Of a stretch of DNA of 64,000 bases, positions 28,283-45,476 are shown piece after piece (positions within the stretch are counted from its first letter, which is position 1; each line of letters starts with the position of its first letter). Source of the DNA: Eledone cirrhosa (lineage: Eukaryota). Both the position numbers and the translations under genes were made by a program. The stretch covers positions 34,348,001 through 34,412,000 of the forward strand of contig OZ024760.1 of NCBI GenBank assembly GCA_964016885.1. The letters run 5' to 3'. Below the pieces are notes generated by a model. The model was not told the DNA's origin. It did no database searches and was given only the letters and a program-made list of their open reading frames with translations.

Positions 28283-28415
28283 AATATGGTTTTATAAATA
28301 TAGTTTTCCATTTATTTAATATTGTAAATATACTCCAAATATTAGTCGTGCTTTTATATCAGTTATAAATATTTACTAGTTGTAACCCAACAATTTTAAA
28401 TATAACTTTCCATAT

Positions 28416-28512
28416 ATTTATATATATATATTTATATATATATATATGTTTATATATGTATATGTATATACATGTATATATATATATTTATATATATATA
28501 TATATTTATATG

Positions 28513-28543
<31 letters not shown>

Positions 28544-28746
28544 GTATATGTATGTATATATGTATATATATATGTATATATATATGTATATATGTATATA
28601 TGTATATGTGTATATGTATATGTGTATATGTATATATGTATATGTATATATATGTATATATATGTGTATATGTATATATATGTATATGTATATATGTATA
28701 TATATATGTATATGTATATATGTATATGTATATGTATATATATATG

Positions 28747-28779
<33 letters not shown>

Positions 28780-29356
28780 GTATGCGTATATGTATATATA
28801 TGTGTATATATATATATGTATATGTATATATATGTGTATATATATATATGTATATGTATGTGTATATATGTGTATATGTATGTATGCGTATATGTATATG
28901 TATGTATATGTGTATATATATATATGTATATGTATGTGTATATATGTGTATATGTATGTATATGTATGTGTATATATGTGTATATGTATGTATATGTATA
29001 TGTATGTATGTGTATATATATGTATATGTATATATATATATGTATATATATATATATGTATATGTGTATATATATGTATATGTGTATATATATGTATACG
29101 TGTATATGTATATATATATGTATATGTATGTATATGTATGTATATATGTATATATATATGTATATGTGTATATGTGTATGTGTATATGTATATGTATGTA
29201 TATGTATATATATATATGTATATATATGTATATGTATATATATATATGTATATATATGTATATGTATATGTATATATATATATGTATATGCATATATATA
29301 TATGTATATGTATGTATATATATATATATGTATATATATATACATATATATATATA
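28416..29356. repeat. TG-interrupted (TA)n array
   Basis: Direct reading. Confidence 0.95.
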
Positions 29357-29556
29357 CGGCGGTGGATTGGCAGTATCGGTAGAAGATCGGACACTATGCT
29401 TTGACGTATAGAGTTACGACCCTTGCCATTCTGAGTTCAAATCCAGTCGAGGTTAACTTTGCCTTTCATCCTTACGGGGTCGATAAAATAAAGTACCAGT
29501 AATGTCCTGGGATAATTGCTGCCCTTGTGCCAAAAGTAGAAACAATTATTATCATT
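29357..29556 (+). mobile_element. tRNA-derived SINE
   Basis: TGGCAGTATCGG (A-box-like), GAGTTCAAATCC (B box), central GCCTTTCATCCTTACGGGGTCGATAAAATAAAGTACCAGT (recalled as a conserved SINE central domain), (ATT)n tail. Confidence 0.75.
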
Positions 29557-29558
29557 TT

Positions 29559-29623
29559 AAAGGGCTGTGCCCCAGCATGGCCTCAGCCAGATGGCTGAAA
29601 CAGGTAAAAGAGTAAAAGAGTAT
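29559..29623 (+). mobile_element. 65-bp 3' terminus of the CR1-group LINE family at 3312
   Basis: Matches the reverse complement of 3312-3376 with two substitutions, including the GTAAAAGA tail. Confidence 0.85.
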
Positions 29624-29628
29624 AAGAG

Positions 29629-29777
29629 ATATGTATATATATATATATGTATATGTATATACGTATATATATATATATGTATGTATATATATATATGTAT
29701 ATATGTGTATGTATATATGTGTATGTATGTATATGTATATATGTATATATATGTGTATATATATGTATATGTATGTG

Positions 29778-29810
<33 letters not shown>

Positions 29811-29831
29811 GTATATATGTATATGTATATA

Positions 29832-29890
<59 letters not shown>

Positions 29891-30289
29891 GTATATGTAT
29901 ATATATATATATGTATATGTATATATATATATATGTATGTGTATATATATATGTATGTATGTGTATATATGTATATATATGTATGTGTGTATATATATAT
30001 ATATGTATGTGTATATATATATGTATATATATATATATGTATATGTACATATATATGTATATGTGTATATATATGTATATATATATATATATGTGTATAT
30101 AAGTATGTATATATAAATATGTATATGTGTATATATAAATATGTATATATATATATATATGTGTTTATATGTATATATATGTATATATGTGTTTATATGT
30201 GTATATATATATATGTATATGTGTGTATATATGTATATATGTATATATGTATGTATATATATGTATATGTGTGTATTTATGTATATATG

Positions 30290-30324
<35 letters not shown>

Positions 30325-30644
30325 GTATATATGTGTATATATGTATATATGTGTATATATGTATATATGTGTATATATGTATATATGTATATATATATAT
30401 ATATGTGTGTATATATGTATATATGTATATATATATGTATATATATATATATATGTGTATATATATGTGTATATATATATATGTATATATATATGTATAT
30501 ATGTATATATATATGTATATATATATATGTATGTATGTATGTATATATATATATGTATATATATATATGTATGTATATATATATATGTATGTGTATATAT
30601 ATATGTATATATATATATATGTATGTATATATATATATGTATGT

Positions 30645-30675
<31 letters not shown>

Positions 30676-30697
30676 TGTGTATATATGTATATGTATG

Positions 30698-30753
<56 letters not shown>

Positions 30754-30897
30754 AATGTATATATATATATATGTATATATATATATGTGTATATATATAT
30801 ATGTATATATATATATATGTATATATATATATGTATATGTATATATATGTGTATATATATGTGTATATATATGTATATATATATGTATCTATATATT

Positions 30898-30928
<31 letters not shown>

Positions 30929-30930
30929 GT
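29629..30930. repeat. TG-interrupted (TA)n array
   Basis: Direct reading. Confidence 0.97.
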
Positions 30931-33492
30931 ATCATCATCATCATCATCATCAGCGTTTAACGTCCGTGTTCCACGCTTGCATGGGTTTGGACGGGGGTAG
31001 TCCCACTTGAGGCAAGAGTGATTGTCTTGCTCGCATAGGACTGTCTGGCAGGTTTTCTACAGTTGGATGCCCTTCCTAACACCAACCACATTTACAGTGT
31101 GGGTCTGGGAGGTTTTTACCGTGTTGCCTACACGGCCACATTACAGCGTGGACTGTGTGTTTTTTTGTCGTGACACCTACACGATCTCATTTGTTTCGGC
31201 CTCGATGGCGCGGCAACAACATAACTTTACATAGAACGGGGTGGTGTGGATGGGGTGGGGGTGGTGGTGGTGGGACGGGGTGTATTTTGTTAGAGATGCC
31301 TACTGGCTGGAGTAGGTTTTACTATATATTTAGGTAAGGCGGGTCTTCTCTGTTACGGAGTACCGCCAAAGGTCTCGGTCCAGTGACATTGTCTTGGAGA
31401 GGTGTAAGTGTGTGATGTCGGAGTTTATCAGCTCGTCCCAGGTTTTTCTAGGTCTGCCTATTCCGTGACTACCGTCTATCTTTATTGCCCTGCACTATGT
31501 TATACAGCTATCGACTTTCATGCGCATCACGTGTCCATACCAACGTAGCCTTCTCTCGAGTAAACAACATCTGATCCCTCTTATCTCTAATTTTTTCCTT
31601 AGTTCGTTTATGCTTTGCCGTTCACGTATATTACTGTTACACATCCAGCGGAGCATGCAAGCTTCGTTCCTCTCTAGTCTGCGTATATCCTCTGCACACA
31701 ATGCCCAGGTCTCACTGCCATGCAGCATTGCTGTTCGTATGCAGGCATCGTACAACCTGCCTTTCATTTTTAGTGAGAACCCTTTAGCAGCTAATAGTGG
31801 TATAAGCTCTCTGAACTTTTTCCAACCAGTTCTGACTCTAGCTACAGTACTTTCAGAGCACCCTCCCCCACTGCTGATTTTATCGCCCAGGTAACGGAAG
31901 CTGTCCACTATTTCTATAGAACCCTCTGCGCAATTGAAAGAGCTAGTATTTTGTGGGCACTTGCTGCTACTTATTGCACCAGAGCACCGGCCACATGTAA
32001 AATCTATGTTCTTAGTTAGCTTACCTGTGATCCCACTACATCTTTTATGCACCCATACTTTGCATTTAGGACATAAAATGGAGTTTCTACCTACGCATTT
32101 CCTACACACCGAGCACGACCATTTCCCAGAAGGGACCGCCACCTTGTTTTCTTTCCTACAAACTAGTACTTTGGTCTTAGCCAGGTTAATTTTAAGTCCT
32201 TTTGACTCTAGGCCGTGCTTCCATGTTTGGAATTTCTTCTCTAGCTCGGCCATTGATTCCGCTATGAGTGTCAGGTCGTCTGCGTATAGGAGTTCCCATG
32301 GGCAGCCTGTCTTGAACTCCTCTGTTATAGCCTGAAGGGCAATAATAAATAGTAGTGGGCTGAGAACAGAGCCCTGATGGACGCCAACTTTTACGCTAAA
32401 CTCTTCACTATATTCGTTGTTAATTCTAACCTTGCTGACTGTTTCTTTATACATGGCTTGTATAGCCCTCACAAGCCATTCGTCAACACCTAGTTTTCTA
32501 AGAGCCCACCAGATAATGGAGCGGGGGACTCTGTCGAAGGCTTTCTCCAAGTCGACAAAAGCTAAGTAGAGGGGTTTACCTTTAGCTAGGTACTTCTCCT
32601 GTAGTTGTCGTACTATGAAAAGAGCGTCTGTGGTACTTTTGCCTGACACAAACCCGAACTGCATTTCATCTAGGTCAATTCTCTCTCTGATTAGTTGCGC
32701 TATTACTTTTTCCGTGACCTTCATGACCTGGTCGATTAATTTAATGCCTCTATAGTTACTCCTATCTAGGGCGTCTCCTTTACCCTTATAACAGTTAACG
32801 ATGATGCTGCTATGCCAGTCCTTCGGAACAACCCCATTCTGTACGACTTGGTTAACTATGCGGGTGACCATGGTGTGTCCCACCGTGCCAGATGCCTTCA
32901 GCATCTCAGCAACTATTTCCGAAGGCCCAGCCGCCTTACCCGTCTTCATATCCTTGATTGCCTTACTTATTATACTCCCCTCGACTAACACTGCTGGTCC
33001 CTCTATTGGGTCGATATGGGGGAGACTGTCTTTCTCCCATTTATTCTCCTCATTTAGTAGCCTTTCATAGTGACACTTCCAAGCTACCTTCTTATCAGCG
33101 TCGGTGATGGCAAGTGTGCCATCGTCGTTTAGTACACACTTCTCCCCGACAATATCACGGTTTTCCTTGACGCATTGCCTAGCAATCCTGAACACCTCAC
33201 GTTTTTGGTCATCGCGTTGTAGAACATGCTTGAACTTTCTTTCCTCAGCTTCCCTTCTTGCTAAGTACACTTGTCTCCTAGCTTCCCTCCTGGCCACTTG
33301 ATAGTCCTCTCTACTTCCCCCATCCCGCCATACTTTCCAAGCCTGCTTTTTGGCCTTAATTGACCCCTCCACCTTACTGTTCCACCACCATGTTACTCTC
33401 CTCCTGCCTACAGGCCTGCTCCAGCCACAGACTCCGTCTGTCGCCAACAGCAGGTTTGCTTTCAGAAATTCCCACTCTCCCTCTATATTGTC
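30931..33492 (-). mobile_element. 5'-truncated RTE LINE, same family as 7899-12022
   Basis: Open frame ~33490-31495 with full RT (LYADD) and a PHD-like finger. Premature stop at CIT*. Same 3'UTR and (GAT)n tail. Confidence 0.94.
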
Positions 33493-33798
33493 TATATATA
33501 TATATGTATATGTATATATATGTGTATATATATGTATATATATATATGTGTATATATATGTATATATATATATGTATATATATATGTATGTATATATGTA
33601 TGTATATATATGTATATGTATATGTATGTATATGTATATATGTATATATATGTATGTATATGTATGTATATGTATATATGTATATATATGTATGTATGTA
33701 TATGTATATATATATGTATATATATATATATGTATATGTATGTATATGTATATATGTATATATATGTATGTATGTATATGTATATATATATGTATGTA

Positions 33799-33859
<61 letters not shown>

Positions 33860-34212
33860 ATGTATATATATATATGTATATATGTATATATGTGTATGTA
33901 TGTATATGTATATATACATATATATGTATATATATATGTATATATGTATATATATATATGTATATATGTATATATATATATGTATGTATATGTATATATA
34001 CATATATATGTATATATATATGTATATATGTATATATATATATGTATATATATGTATATATACATATATATGTATATATATATATATGTATATATATATA
34101 TGTATATATATGTATATATATAAGTATATATGTATATATATATGTGTATATATATATATGTATATATATGTATATATATATATGTATATATATATATGTA
34201 TATATATATATG

Positions 34213-34243
<31 letters not shown>

Positions 34244-34408
34244 GTATATATATATATGTATATATATATATATGTATGTATATATATGTATATATATATA
34301 TGTATGTATATATATGTATATATATATATGTATATATATGTATATATATATATGTATATATATGTATATATATATATGTATATGTATATATGTATGTATA
34401 TATATATG

Positions 34409-34444
<36 letters not shown>

Positions 34445-34516
34445 TATATGTATATATATATGTATATATATATATATGTATTATATGTATGTATTATATA
34501 TATATATGTATATATA
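33493..34516. repeat. TG-interrupted (TA)n array
   Basis: Direct reading. Confidence 0.95.
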
Positions 34517-34583
34517 AAAGGGTCCCACCCTTGCAAGCAGGGAAAAGCGGACGTAAAATGATGATGATGATGATGATGATGAT
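34517..34583 (+). mobile_element. ~65-bp RTE-type 3' tail
   Basis: GTCCCACCCTTGCAAGCAGGGAAAAGCGGACGTAAAATGATGATG. Same tail as 19570 and similar to 61964. Confidence 0.8.
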
Positions 34584-35469
34584 ATCTATATATATATGTA
34601 TATTTATATATGTATTATATGTATGTATTATATATATATATGTATATGTATATATATGTATATATATATATGTATATGTTTATGTATATATATGTATATG
34701 TATGTATATATATATGTATATGTATATATATATGTATATATATATGTATATGTATATATATATGTATGTATATATATGTATATATATATGTATATATATA
34801 TATGTATATATATATATGTATATATATATGTATGTATATGTATGTATATGTATATATATATATGTATATATATATATGTATATATGTATATATATGTATG
34901 TATATATATGTATTTATGTGTATATATATATATGTATGTGTATGTATATATGTATATGTGTATATGTATGTATATATATGTGTGTATATATATATGTATA
35001 TATATATATATATATATATGTATACATATATATATATACATATATATATATACATATATATATATACATATATTCATATATATATACATATATTCATATA
35101 CATATACATATGTATACATATATACATATATATATACATATATATATATATATACATATATGTGCATATATATATATATGTATATATGTGTATATGTATA
35201 TATATGCTTATATGTATATGTATGTATATATGTATATGTATATGTATGTGTATATGTGTATATGTATGTGTATATGTGTATATGTATGTGTATATGTATA
35301 TATGTATATGTATGTATATGTATATATGTATATGTATGTATATGTATATATGTATGTATATGTATATGTATATATGTATATATGTATGTATATATGTATA
35401 TATATATGTATATGTATATCTATGTGTATATATATATATATATATGTGTATATATATATGTATATATAT

Positions 35470-36018
35470 GAGTCAGGTTGTACTGGTAACATGTATCCCA
35501 GTACAACCTGACTCATGGTCGGGTCGTTGGTGACTAAACTGGCAACCCCACCAAGGTTTCTTGGTGAGGAGGGTGACTTTGGACATCCTGCAGGAATAAA
35601 AACAAAACCTGTCAAAACGGCAAAGGAGCTCTTAAGAGTCAATGGCCATCCAAAATCACCGGGAGAGATGACCCCTTAGCCATTGTCAAGGCAGAATTCT
35701 AGGAGAAGGAAAACTCCGATACAACACCTGCAACCCTGATGGTATCCAATGATGTTGACTTGTTCTTCTTTTTGGTAAATATCATTTTGTTTAAGAGAGT
35801 GTGACTGGCTTTGTGCAGTGCCTTTGCTCACTATAAAAGCTTCACAGCACAGGCATTGCTTTATATCTGGAGATCTCTCTGCACTTGTAGTGTTTGTACT
35901 AGAGTTTTCAAGTCGCTGGCTGGACTGAAAAGTCACACTCATTCAGCGCATCGGTAGGAGTTCTCCTACATGGATATAAAGTAGTGGCCGTACTCGAAAA
36001 TGAGTTGGCAGCCACCAT
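35470..36018 (+). mobile_element. ~610-bp RTE derivative with variant 5' hairpin and ~50-bp internal deletion
   Basis: Colinear with 12774-13383. Deletion after CACTTGT (~35887) at a TGT microhomology. Confidence 0.85.
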
Positions 36019-36174
36019 ATGTATGTATATATATATGTATATATATGTATATGTATGTATATATGTATATGTATATATATGTATATGTATATATATGTAT
36101 ATGTATGTATATATGTATATATATGTATATATATGTATATGTATGTATATATATGTATATGTATGTATATATGT

Positions 36175-36206
<32 letters not shown>

Positions 36207-36234
36207 GTATGTATATATATGTATATGTATATGT

Positions 36235-36266
<32 letters not shown>

Positions 36267-36433
36267 GTATGTATATATATGTATATATATGTATATATAT
36301 ATATATGTATATGTATATGTATATATATATATGTATATGTATATATATGTATATATGTATATGTATATATGTATATGTATATATATATATGTATATATGT
36401 ATATGTATATATATATGTATATGTATATATATA

Positions 36434-36466
<33 letters not shown>

Positions 36467-36787
36467 ATGTATATATATATGTATATATATATGTATATGT
36501 ATATATATATGTATATATATGTATATATGTATATATATATATATATGTATATATATGTATATATATGTATATGTATATATATGTATATGTATATATATGT
36601 ATATGTATATATATGTATATATATGTATATGTATGTATATGTATATATATGTATATGTATATATATGTATATGTATGTATATGTATATGTATGTATATGT
36701 ATATATATGTATATGTATATATATGCATATGTATATGTATATATATATGTATATGTACGTGTATGTGTGTGTGTGTGTATATATATA

Positions 36788-36822
<35 letters not shown>

Positions 36823-36919
36823 GCAGACAGGACCTGGGGGCAGCGATGGGGGACGGGATTCTGCAGCAATAGAGTGAGATCCATCATCTCGACAGTTGTC
36901 GACGAGTGATGATGATGAT
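36823..36919 (+). mobile_element. ~100-bp RTE-type 3' end, copy 3
   Basis: Same start (ATGCAGACAG) and tail as 12267 and 16088. Confidence 0.8.
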
Positions 36920-36988
36920 ATATGTATATATATATATGTATATATATATATGTATATATATATACATATATATATATATACATACATG

Positions 36989-37137
36989 ATTATTTCTGAA
37001 GACGGCGTATATATGAGTTAGGTATGTATATTTAATCTTGATAATTTGTATAATTTTGTATAATCTTGTACATAGATCTGTTAAATATGCATACCAATTA
37101 TAGCACATATATGCCCTAGAAACGATCGTTAAATAGT
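36989..37137 (+). ncRNA. Solo type I hammerhead with ~115-nt stem II
   Basis: ATTATTT-CTGAAGA(36996-37002)-GGCGTATAT..GGTATGTATATTTAA..TTAAATATGCATACC..ATATATGCC-GAAA(37119-37122)-CGATCG-TT-AAATAGT. Confidence 0.78.
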
Positions 37138-37192
37138 GAACCTTTTTTTGTTTAATATAAGGAATTGTTTGTTCATTATTTGTTTAATATTT

Positions 37193-40116
<2,924 letters not shown>

Positions 40117-41264
40117 ATGATAATGAAATCGACATTCTAATAAACACATGGTATTGCCTTACCCAAACAGAAGACATAGATGCTTCATGTCTGAACGACA
40201 TTGCTAAACGTACAGTTCAACTTTTGGAAACCCGATCTGAACAACAGATTCAAAATAAATTAAAGCAAATCGAAGTTGCTTTTAAATTAATCAATAAACA
40301 TTTGGATAAACTACGGTGTTTTTTTTCTTCGGATGCAGTCCAGCAGCAGCAACAACAACAACAGCAGCTACAACGGCAACAACAACAACAGCTACAACAA
40401 CAGCAACAACATCAACAACAACAGCAACAACGACAACAACAGCAACAACAACAACGACAACAACAACAACAGTGTGAACCACTCCTTGATTCATCAACAA
40501 TGGCCGATCTACTAAATGAAACTATTGACCTCCCAGTAGCCTCTGTCTCACAGCAGGAAACGCCACTTCCTTTCTCTGGCCCAGCAGTCCAATCATTACC
40601 ACTGCCAACATCTTCTCTGCCTACTACTACAACTACTACAACATGTTTGCCTACTGCTATCTCAAGGAATTTACCTTCTAATATCAGTACAAGAACTCTC
40701 CCTCCCACAGTCCACAAAGGTCGTCAAATCCTACTCAAACCATCATCTACACCTCTCACAACACACACACCCACATACCCACCCACTCGAAACCCCATCA
40801 TTTGCCGCTACTCTCTACGCTATAGAATATGTACGGATAGTGGCTGCAAATTCACCCATTTACCTAGGACAAAACGGTCTATCCCCACAAACAGCCACCA
40901 CCATAATACATACTCTAATTTAACACCAACACAACCACCAATAACTCAAACAAGGAATCCACAAATCTGCCGCTTTTCCCTGCGAGACAGATTGTGTTTA
41001 GACCGGGATTGTCCCTTTACCCATCTCCCGGGGACCCGTCGGACAAATGAAAATAAAATTAAAAATAAAAGCAAAAACAAAAACCATAACCTACATAAAA
41101 ATAACCACTACCACAGTCACCAACAGTCTTCTAAACAGGAAACTTCTTCCTCTTTTTTAGCCATAATGAATCTGGCAAAAGAACTGGAAAAAAACATTCG
41201 AGCTATCACCCAGCACCACCCTCCACTATCACCCCGCTGCACAAACTCCCATTGCTGCCATTAA
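40117..41264 (+). pseudogene. LINE ORF1 C-terminal part: poly-Q tract and two CCCH zinc fingers
   Basis: (CAA/CAG)n at 40341-40472. [19 protein letters not shown] and [19 protein letters not shown] (C-x8-C-x4-C-x3-H). Confidence 0.75.
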
Positions 41265-44200
41265 CAAACAAACAAATTAACAACACACCAAAACAATTAA
41301 AACCATCCACTCTCGCCTCTACATTTTTGCTTAACGCCCAAGGCATCAGCCCTTCCACCAATACTCAAAAATGGAAGATCAAATTCCTGGAGGACTGGAT
41401 TGATGTCCATCCAAACCACACCCCTTTCTTCGTCCTCACTGAAACCCATCTCAGTAACCTCCACTTGGAAGCCGAGGTGAAAGTGAAAAATTTCAAAGCC
41501 ATCCGTGCTGATCGCGCTGGCAGAAGAAAGGGCGGGACTGCCATTTATGTCCATAATTCTTTCTCAACAGAGGCTATGAACATATTTATTAATGCATACT
41601 GCGAAGCAGTCACTGTATTCAGTCAAACCAACAACCTAATAGTAGTTGGGCTCTATAGGCCATCCCAAACGCCTGTACCATGCTTCAAGGAATGCCTCAA
41701 CAGCATAAAGTGTTTCATCCAAGAGTGTCACCCTGACAACATCTTAATGATGGGGGACTTCAACCTCCCCGGACTTGACTGGTCCACAAACAGCCTGCCA
41801 CCAGGTTCTTCTGCCTCAACCTCTGACAGGGAAGCAGTGGAATCGCTTCTTGACTTCATGGATGATTTCTTCCTATCCCAACTGGTGCTCGAACCAACGA
41901 GGTGCCACAATAACGTCCTAGACTTAATTTTCAGCAATCACACTGACAATATCCACAATATTGCAGTGGAGAAAACTCTACTCTCTGATCATGACATGGT
42001 TCTCTGTGATCTGAGATTCCACCGTCCAATATACAAACCCAATGTCATCTCTCCTGTCCATCCGTTTGACGCTATGGATTTCCACAATGCAAACTGGGAA
42101 GCGATCAGTCATGATCTTGCACATGTCGACTGGTCCTTCACGCACACTCATACACCCACTAACATCAAAAAGTCCTGGCAGACATTTGTGGACACTGTTA
42201 CAAACATATGTGCAAAACACACCCCATTAAGAACTATAAACAAATCTAAGAGCAGAATCCCTAGAAATAGAAAGACGCTCATCAGAAAAATTAAGAGAAC
42301 GAACAAAAAAATCAACAAGCTGAAATACTGTCAGCAGCAACACATCAACTTGACTGCCATTTCATCACTAGAGATTAAAAAACATAACCTTCAAAACAAC
42401 ATAATGTCCCTCATCAACAATCAGAGAAGAGCTGAAGAGGCCTGGGCCATTGAGAAGATCAAACTCAATCCCAAAGTGTTCTTTTCATTTGCAAAAAAAC
42501 ACAAAATCACTGGCTCTACTGTTGGCCAGTGATGGAAATGGCACTCTTCAAGACAATGCTAAATCCATGGGTGAGATACTGCAGAAACAATACTGCTCTG
42601 TTTCCAGCAATCCTGATATGGCCGATCTGGGCTGTATCGGCGATGTTACTCCCCATTACACCTTATCGGACATAACGTTTGGCGCCCCTGATGTCTTAGC
42701 GCCAATAAAGGAAATCAAGCATAATTCAGCAGTAAGTCCCGATAGGTTCCCTGCTTGTGTCTTGAAGGCGTGTCAACACCAACTTGCATCTCCTCTTGCC
42801 AATCTGTGGCGGAACTCACTGGATGCTGGATATGTGCCAGAAAACCTTCTATCCCAGTCTGTTGTCCCAGTCTTCAAAAAAGGAAACAAATCCCTTGCCG
42901 TGAATTACCGTCCAATCTCACTCACCTCTCATATCATTAAGGTATTTGAGAGAGTGGTGAGATCGCGAATGACCCACTTCCTTGAGAGTAACAATATGCT
43001 GAATTCCAACCAGCATGGATTCCGTAATGGAAGGGATTGCCTGACGCAGCTACTGCATCACTTTGATGACATTTTGAGAGCCTTGAGAGAGGGTTCCAAC
43101 ACTGATGTTATCTACCTTGATTTCAGCAAGGCCTTTGACAGCGTTGATCATAACATTTTACTGAGAAAACTGTCCAATATTGGTGTCACTGGAAAGCTGC
43201 TGCAGTGGATCAAGAGCTTCCTGTCAAACAGAACCCAACATGTTGTAGTCGAAGGAGTCAAATCCAGCCCAGCCAAAGTCAGTAGTGGGGTCCCACAAGG
43301 CACTGTGTTGGGCCCACTTCTCTTCATCATCTATATTAATGACATCACTGACATCATCAAACACAGCAACATTAAAATTTTCGCTGATGATTCCAAGCTC
43401 CAAAAGGTCATCAATGGCGTGGATGACCGGATAAGCCTTCAGTCAGACCTACTGGCTGTTACCCAATGGGCGGAAAAGAACAACATGTTACTGAACGAAG
43501 ACAAATTCGAACTGATCCACTTTGGAAAAGAGGATGCTCTGAAACTCCCGTACTCCCTTCCCTCCGGGGAAACTCTCGTGGCATCTAACAACATCAGAGA
43601 CTTGGGAGTAAGCGTGGACAGCAACATAAGCTGGGCCACGCATATAAGCAGCAAAGTTGACATGGCCCGCAGAATGTGTTCCTGGATCCTCAGAACCTTC
43701 CAGTCGAGAGATTCCCACACCATTATCCTTCTCTTCTCTACTTTTACCCGACCACACCTTGAATACTGTTGTCCACTGTGGTCTCCCCACGCGAAACAAA
43801 GTATCATGAAACTTGAAGCTCCTCAAAGACCAATCACGAAAAAGATAGATGGCATGTCAGACCTTGACTACTGGGGTCGACTAGAAAAGCTGAAACTTTA
43901 CTCACTCCAACGTCGCCGTGAGCGTTATATTATCTGCATGATGTGGAAAATGTTCCATCATCACTGCCCAAATGATGTTGGCATTGCCTTCAAGATACAC
44001 CCAAGGCTTGGGCCCCGTGCTATCCGTCCTATACAAAAATCTAAATCGCAACTCATAACAACAATACGGCACAATTATTTCACCTCAATTGGCCCTGCTC
44101 CCTTCAACATCACACTAGGACACGTCAAAACAGAAACTGACCACACAAATTTCAAGAAGTCTTTGGACAAAATCCTCCAAGTAATCCCGGACAAACCACC

Positions 44201-44267
44201 CACACCCGGATATGTCTCCGCAAACAGTAATTCTCTTCTCGAATGGGCCATGGTGCCCAAATCCTGA
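41153..44267 (+). pseudogene. LINE ORF2 (APE-RT), single frameshift near 42525
   Basis: GSTVG| continues as DGNGTLQD in another frame; otherwise open. Confidence 0.88.
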
Positions 44268-44359
44268 ATTGAAAGACTTCGCCAGGTGGTGCTATTAAGT
44301 TAGACATGGCCTAGGCGAATACTGGCCAAAACATTTCAAAGTTAAGTTATTCAAAGTTA

Positions 44360-45476
<1,117 letters not shown>

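Larger units (their letters stand above)
40117..44359 (+). mobile_element. CR1-group LINE with partial ORF1 and complete ORF2 region
   Basis: ORF1 remnant to 41264. APE domain (LNAQG, LTETHL, GDFN, LDL, SDH) at 41252-42532; RT at 42450-44267 (FADD). TTCAAAGTTA tail. Confidence 0.94.

Noticed and set aside
31495-34536. 1013-aa ORF fusing a YI repeat to RT
   Set aside because: Chance read-through from microsatellite into a 5'-truncated RTE. The same applies to 37464-41264 and 27171-27782.
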